Assembly (NCBI RefSeq): GCF_964204645.1
Contig: NC_134027.1
Span: 26,498,560-26,562,559 of the forward strand
DNA: 64,000 nt
Direction: 5' to 3'
From: Tubulanus polymorphus
Taxonomy: Eukaryota > Animalia > Nemertea
How positions within the stretch are numbered: position 1 is the first letter of the stretch; every line of letters begins with the position of its first letter. Position numbers and translations under genes: made by a program. Shown here piece by piece: positions 58,509 through 64,000 of this stretch. A model generated the notes under the pieces. That model was given only the letters and a program-made list of their open reading frames with translations, was not told the origin of the DNA and searched no databases.

Positions 58509-58755
58509 ATCAGTGAATGATGAGTGTTAATAGTATTAAGTTCATACATGTCTTCGAACTAGAACGTATTATAAATATGCCTGATGATGGTGTTGTTAGT
58601 GAATACCAGTCACCACCATACCTGACTGGTCACCGCCCTCAGCAATGGTTTCATACATAAGGCAAAACTTTCTTCTCCACTGACCAGAAACCAGTGGTTT
58701 AATGGTAGCACACAGGGCTTGAACGCCGGAGGTTCCAGGTTCAAGTCCCGATATG
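58509..58755 (+). mobile_element. Second copy of the leader plus tRNA-like repeat
   Basis: CAGTGGTTTAATGGTAGC...GGTTCAAGTCCC; the leader cagtcaccac..cctgactggtcaccgc is shared with about 36955. Confidence 0.55.
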
Positions 58756-61700
58756 GCTATAGGGTTATGGATGAGCTGTGGTTGGACCACTCCCAACATG
58801 TATCAGCATCTTTTTGGTTACTTTTGATAACAGTTTCTGAACTTTCTGAGGCCGCGAACTGATTAAATCACCGAATTGCAGCTGCTACAATTATGATTTC
58901 ACGAAATTGAAATTAGGGCAATTAACGTGCACATCAATCAGGTAACAGCTACAAGAGTTATCAATGTTTAAAAACAAAAACCTTTTCCGATTCTAAATGT
59001 GTAGAAAAACGTTATCGCGAAAAACTCACCCGATAAACTTAGAGATTATAAAAAGTCGCGACTTACAACAATCCTCGATAAGTCGTTAAAATCCACTGAT
59101 TTCATATCGAATTGCTCGCGTGTATAACAATTGAATCGGATAGACTGCCATATTGTTTACTTATGGGTGGGTTGTCTGTAGCTGTCAATCAGAACTGATA
59201 CTGGATAGATACTCTGTGGCTATGTCAATATCCCTCACAACAGAGTAGGTTCTTATTTCCAGTATTATTATTTGAACAAACACGAAACATTTTTGTACAG
59301 ATCACGTACATATAAAGCACATGTATATATCATCATCATCATCATCATCGCCAGCCAGCCGTCGAGGGTAACTTTCATTGATAGTGTCCCGAATGACCAG
59401 CTACGGTTCATGTGAAGCATCCTTACCGCGACCTGACTTCCAGTTAATGACGAACAAATACGTTCTCTTTTCAGGACACTAATTGACTGACAACGTTTGC
59501 TCGACGCTGGTTACCGGGTATTTTTTCGCCGTCGATCATGATTCGCTTCTATGATATAACAAACGAAACGACATCGGAAGAATTTCAGAAAGAAAAGGGC
59601 ACGGGCACGGGGCGCGGGCACGGGCGCGGGACATCGTTTACATATCGTCAAAAACATTGACCACGTTTCGCGTTCTCATGCGCGATGCTTCACTGAATAA
59701 TCACTTTCATGTAATAATTTGATCGCGGCGAGGGTTTTCTCTGAACTCACGGAATCATCTGTGAAATGACTAGACGAGCGCCAACTGGATTTATATAGTG
59801 CTTTTAATAATAAAGAACAGAGAGTCAGAGTAATGGACTATGTTTGCAGTGATGCTTGACTCACGTTGGAGAGATGTTCAACCGATCTTGCGACAGACAC
59901 AAGTAGTTGACAAGATTTTCTCTCTCCATCACCATACATCTATACATTAACAGTTAGAACTCGGAGCTACCATTATATTCAGTTTCAGCATTATGTCATA
60001 GAAAATCCTTGCATGATCGCGAGATACGATACATCGGAAAACAAATACTCGCTCTCTCTCTCTCTTCATGGTACGTTCAACTTCTGTTGAATGAATATGA
60101 AACTCTTTACGGTTGTAATATAAAAAATTCCGATCTTTTCAGAGCGACATCGAGAAAAAACTCCTCAAAACTATTCTAAAGAATTACTAGCTATAAATAT
60201 AAAATCTATAAATATCGCGTCATTTTACTAGGATTCGAAGCCGAGAAATCGAAAAAAAGAGAAAAAAAAACTTTTCCTTTTACATCATCGACTGTGTCTA
60301 ATATGAACAATCAAACATACCACGAACAGTACCTCATTAACATAGACATTATACACACGACGACCACCACGCAGAAGAAAGCATTATTACTTGCCAGCAT
60401 CTTCTTAAAGACTGAAAGCCTCTTCTGATGGTCTAAACACCTCATAAACTAACACTACTCAGTATGTCGCCAGCAATAAGACCTCTTAGAAAATCAAATG
60501 TCATATAATACGTGCTAGTGGTGACAGCTAAGAGCTATGTACTGTCTTACAAAGGATTCAGACAACATTAGACGACGTTTCTTACAGCCGGATAACAACA
60601 TCCACTATATGGTTTCACAAGGCAACTTATTTATATATATATATATATATATATACATATACGTATTCGTATTTTACTTCAATAAAATCAAGTTCTTAAC
60701 AAAATTATTTCAATTGTGAAGGTTTTCTGACTGTCATCGAAAACCCTCTTGTAATTATTGTTATTATCAAATATCTCATTTGATAAGATATTATATAGAA
60801 TATTATGAAGATTTCAATACGAAATTGTAGATATCTGTCATTACAAATTGTGTGACTCATATCAGGTTGACAGATGCCCCCTTGTTCAATTAAATTTGGC
60901 CATCCAAATTTTCACAAAGTGCAGATGCTAAAAGTTAATTAATTCCCAAAAAGAAGCTTGGTTCCACCGGTACAACCGGTACAGCCCGTCGTTGTAGGTA
61001 GTAAGATAACCCTTTAATCATGAAATGCTAAGTATTTTTATCTATTTATATAATGAAACAGTCACACCTGATATTCATCTCTGGAAACTCTGGATTACAT
61101 TTTCTGAATACGAATCCTTCAGCTTTGTTCAATACATACGAATACATTGCCTCCCGATCCAATTTCTGCAGATTAATTTGCTTTACTTCGTAATTAAAGG
61201 TTTTAACGCATTGGAAAGAAAAGCCTACTACGTCCTCAATCCACTTCAATAGCTATCTATCTATATACTTCAAACTCTTCGAGGCTTCGAATTCTTGGAA
61301 TATTCACAAACATTTCATAGAAATAAATCCATTTTAGCTCGCGGCAAGAATTGACATTTTCAGCAAGTTCTAAACATGACGAAATCATAACCGAACATGT
61401 ACCTGTTATATTAATGAGTCTTTACTTTACTTTGAATAAATTTAAATTCTATTAGTAGTTGGAAGCATAGATTCTGATGGAAGTAACAAAATAATTGAAC
61501 TTCTGGCACTTTTCAGAAATGTTCTATTCGTCCTATACGAATAGTTTAAAAATCTGACACCATCCTTTGTAACGTCAACATTTTTCCACGAGAACAAATT
61601 TTGTTAAATCTTACTTACATTTTATGCAAATACCATTTTTCATAACGAATTATAAACAACTGTTACTCTATCTATTCAGAGAGAGATACAATAAATTCAG

Positions 61701-62277
61701 ACCTGTCATCATAAAAATATCTCCACGCTTCCCCTGCTGGTTATATCGTTCACATTCATCCCGAAAGGACGACAACTTTTGATGAAGTTTTCTAAAAGTG
61801 TCACTATGGAAACAACTGCCCATAGCTAGCAGTCGCGACGAGAGACTCAGGCGTGGCAGCTTCTTCAAAGACACTCGACTTAATAATCTCGAATTTACTT
61901 CCTTGAGACCAGATTTCAAATGAGGATTAACGTTAGAAGTCAGCGTAGTATCAATTAGATGATTACAAATCCTCTATTATCCTCTATTTGATAATCAAAA
62001 CCCCGATACTTACGACGTGAGAGTCTGAGCTTTAATCCATCTGTCTCGCGTTATTCAAACAACGTTCATCAGTTCAGAAAACTCAATTTGAATAAGAATC
62101 GACATGACTTTGATCGTATTAACAGGATTCGAACTCAACATGTGAAATTTTTCCTCAGCTCAATTCGAGTGAATGAGGAGCCTAGGCATAAATATGAAAA
62201 ATGATATTCGACTATCTAGCTAGAAATATCATGGGGCAGATGCAGGGGTAGGCTTTGACTGGAGTGAACTACAGTGA

Positions 62278-62852
62278 ACCCCGATATAGCGCCCTGCCAT
62301 ATACCACCACCCCCGCCTACCGGCAGGTTTTCTCAATGTACATATCAATACAAATACATAGTAAAACACCCCCGATATACCGCCCTGCCATATACCGCCA
62401 CCCCCGCCTACCACCGGTTTTCTTAATCTACATATAATTACAAATACATAGTATAGTAAAATACCCCCGATATACCGCCCTGCCATATACCACCACCCCC
62501 GCCTACCGCCAGGTTTTCTAAATCTACATATCAATACAAATACATAGTATAGTAAAACACCCCCGATATAGCGCCCTGCCATATACCGCAACCCCCGCCT
62601 ACTGCCAGGTTTTCTCAATGTACATCTTTATACAAATACATAGTAAAACACCCCCGATATACCGCCCTGCCATATACCACCACCCCCGCCTACTGCCAGG
62701 TTTTCTCAATGAACATCTCTATACAAATACATAGTAAAACACCCCCGATATACCGCCCTGCCATATACCGCCACCCCCGCCTACTGCCAGGTTTACTCAA
62801 TGTACATATCAATACAAATACATAGTAAAACACCTCCGATATACCGCCATAC
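62278..62852. repeat. Minisatellite of about 90-95 bp, roughly 6.5 copies
   Basis: ccccgatataccgccctgccatatacc...atacaaatacatagtaaaaca is repeated in tandem. Confidence 0.93.
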
Positions 62853-64000
62853 TCTCTATACCGCCAAACTTGATGTGAGTGCTATATCAGGGGTTGACTG
62901 TATATCCACACAAAACAGTGGTATGGAAATTTGGAAATTTCAGTGCATTCTGATACAATTACAGGCACTCGGTGATATAAGCTCCTGTACTCCAGATACA
63001 AGTGGAAGATAGGATCAAAAGAGTTTGCGTTTCGAAAAGGGCACAGGAAAATAACGATAATCTGGAGCCACAACCGATAAATTCACTCATTCAGCAAACT
63101 GATAGACGTTCACAAATCTTCCGAATGATTTTTCGATCAAGTCGTAAATGCCCTAGAAAATTGATACAGCGCGAAAAAATACATTTTCATTCATTCACAG
63201 ACATACGGGTTACCGGTATATTCATAGAATATTAAACATGTGACATAACTTAACAACCAGCAGCAGCGGGACATAATCATCGAAATCAAAATCTGTGAAT
63301 ATTTCTATCAATTATACATGTTAATCTTTCACATAATGTGCATAAAATCTTCTTTAAAAATAACATTTAACTCTGGCAAATTAATCACCTTTTATTCATA
63401 TCAATGATATGTTTGAAATGAGTAAACTTAACCAGAAAATATCAAAAATAAAATACCTCAATAGTCGGGGGCCTGGGATGGGAGTGCTCCCCCATAAAAC
63501 TGATGCAAATAGGAATGGAATTCCTGCAATTTGGTCTCGAATCAAGTTTCAAAGATATTTTGAATGAGAAAAGTGACATCGAGCAGTGAAATCTTTTTAA
63601 TCAAAGTTGAAATTATCTTGAGGCCCTGCAGTTCTATCATACCCTAGATCGAAACATCAAAATTCTTACAAAATCCATATCAGAAAATATCAAAATATCA
63701 CAATTCCTTCATAACCTTCCTTTCAAGAATATCACAAAATTCTCGACATGACTAAATGATTATTCCTCATTTTCACAAACTAGTGCATATCGATCACAGT
63801 ATAGAAACATATTCCACATCACAGATAGAGAGATATATAATAGAGGCCAATTTCTCATCAGAACATACATTAGTATGAACATTGGATGAAATAGCATTGT
63901 TACGATAGTAGCCGAAGATAAAATATCTGAGCTCATGAGATACGGAGTGTTACATCAAAAACAGCCTATAATAAGCATGATAGAGATGTACCGTGTATAC

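Noticed and set aside
58688-58755. Functional tRNA gene (TTG loop)
   Set aside because: The acceptor stem does not pair, and the related copy at about 37040 has a different loop; treated as a tRNA-derived repeat.
59598-59632. GGGCAC/GGGCGC repeat able to form a G-quadruplex
   Set aside because: Short simple repeat with no independent evidence of function.
62229-62618. 129-aa repeat ORF
   Set aside because: Product of a minisatellite with variable unit length.

Overview
AT-rich, intron-containing animal genomic DNA; the nuclear receptor type suggests a marine invertebrate, probably a lophotrochozoan (inference). I built spliced gene models by hand from GT-AG sites and frame continuity. Left to right: (1) a three-exon gene, absent from the ORF track, encoding a 64-aa secreted prepropeptide (signal, KR cleavage site, 36-aa six-Cys mature peptide) resembling sea-anemone APETx/BDS beta-defensin-fold toxins; (2) a four-exon class I SAM methyltransferase (JHAMT-like); (3) five intact sigma-class glutathione S-transferases plus an orphan exon left by a tandem duplication; (4) a large NR1-family nuclear receptor on the minus strand (about 23.6-48.6 kb, with a probable long 3' UTR). 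The rest is non-coding and holds several MITE families (some with 5- or 6-bp target duplications), tRNA-derived repeats, minisatellites and Penelope-type minimal hammerhead ribozyme motifs, often as inverted pairs. The best candidates for something new are the toxin-like peptide gene and the intronic hammerhead paired with its own antisense copy.
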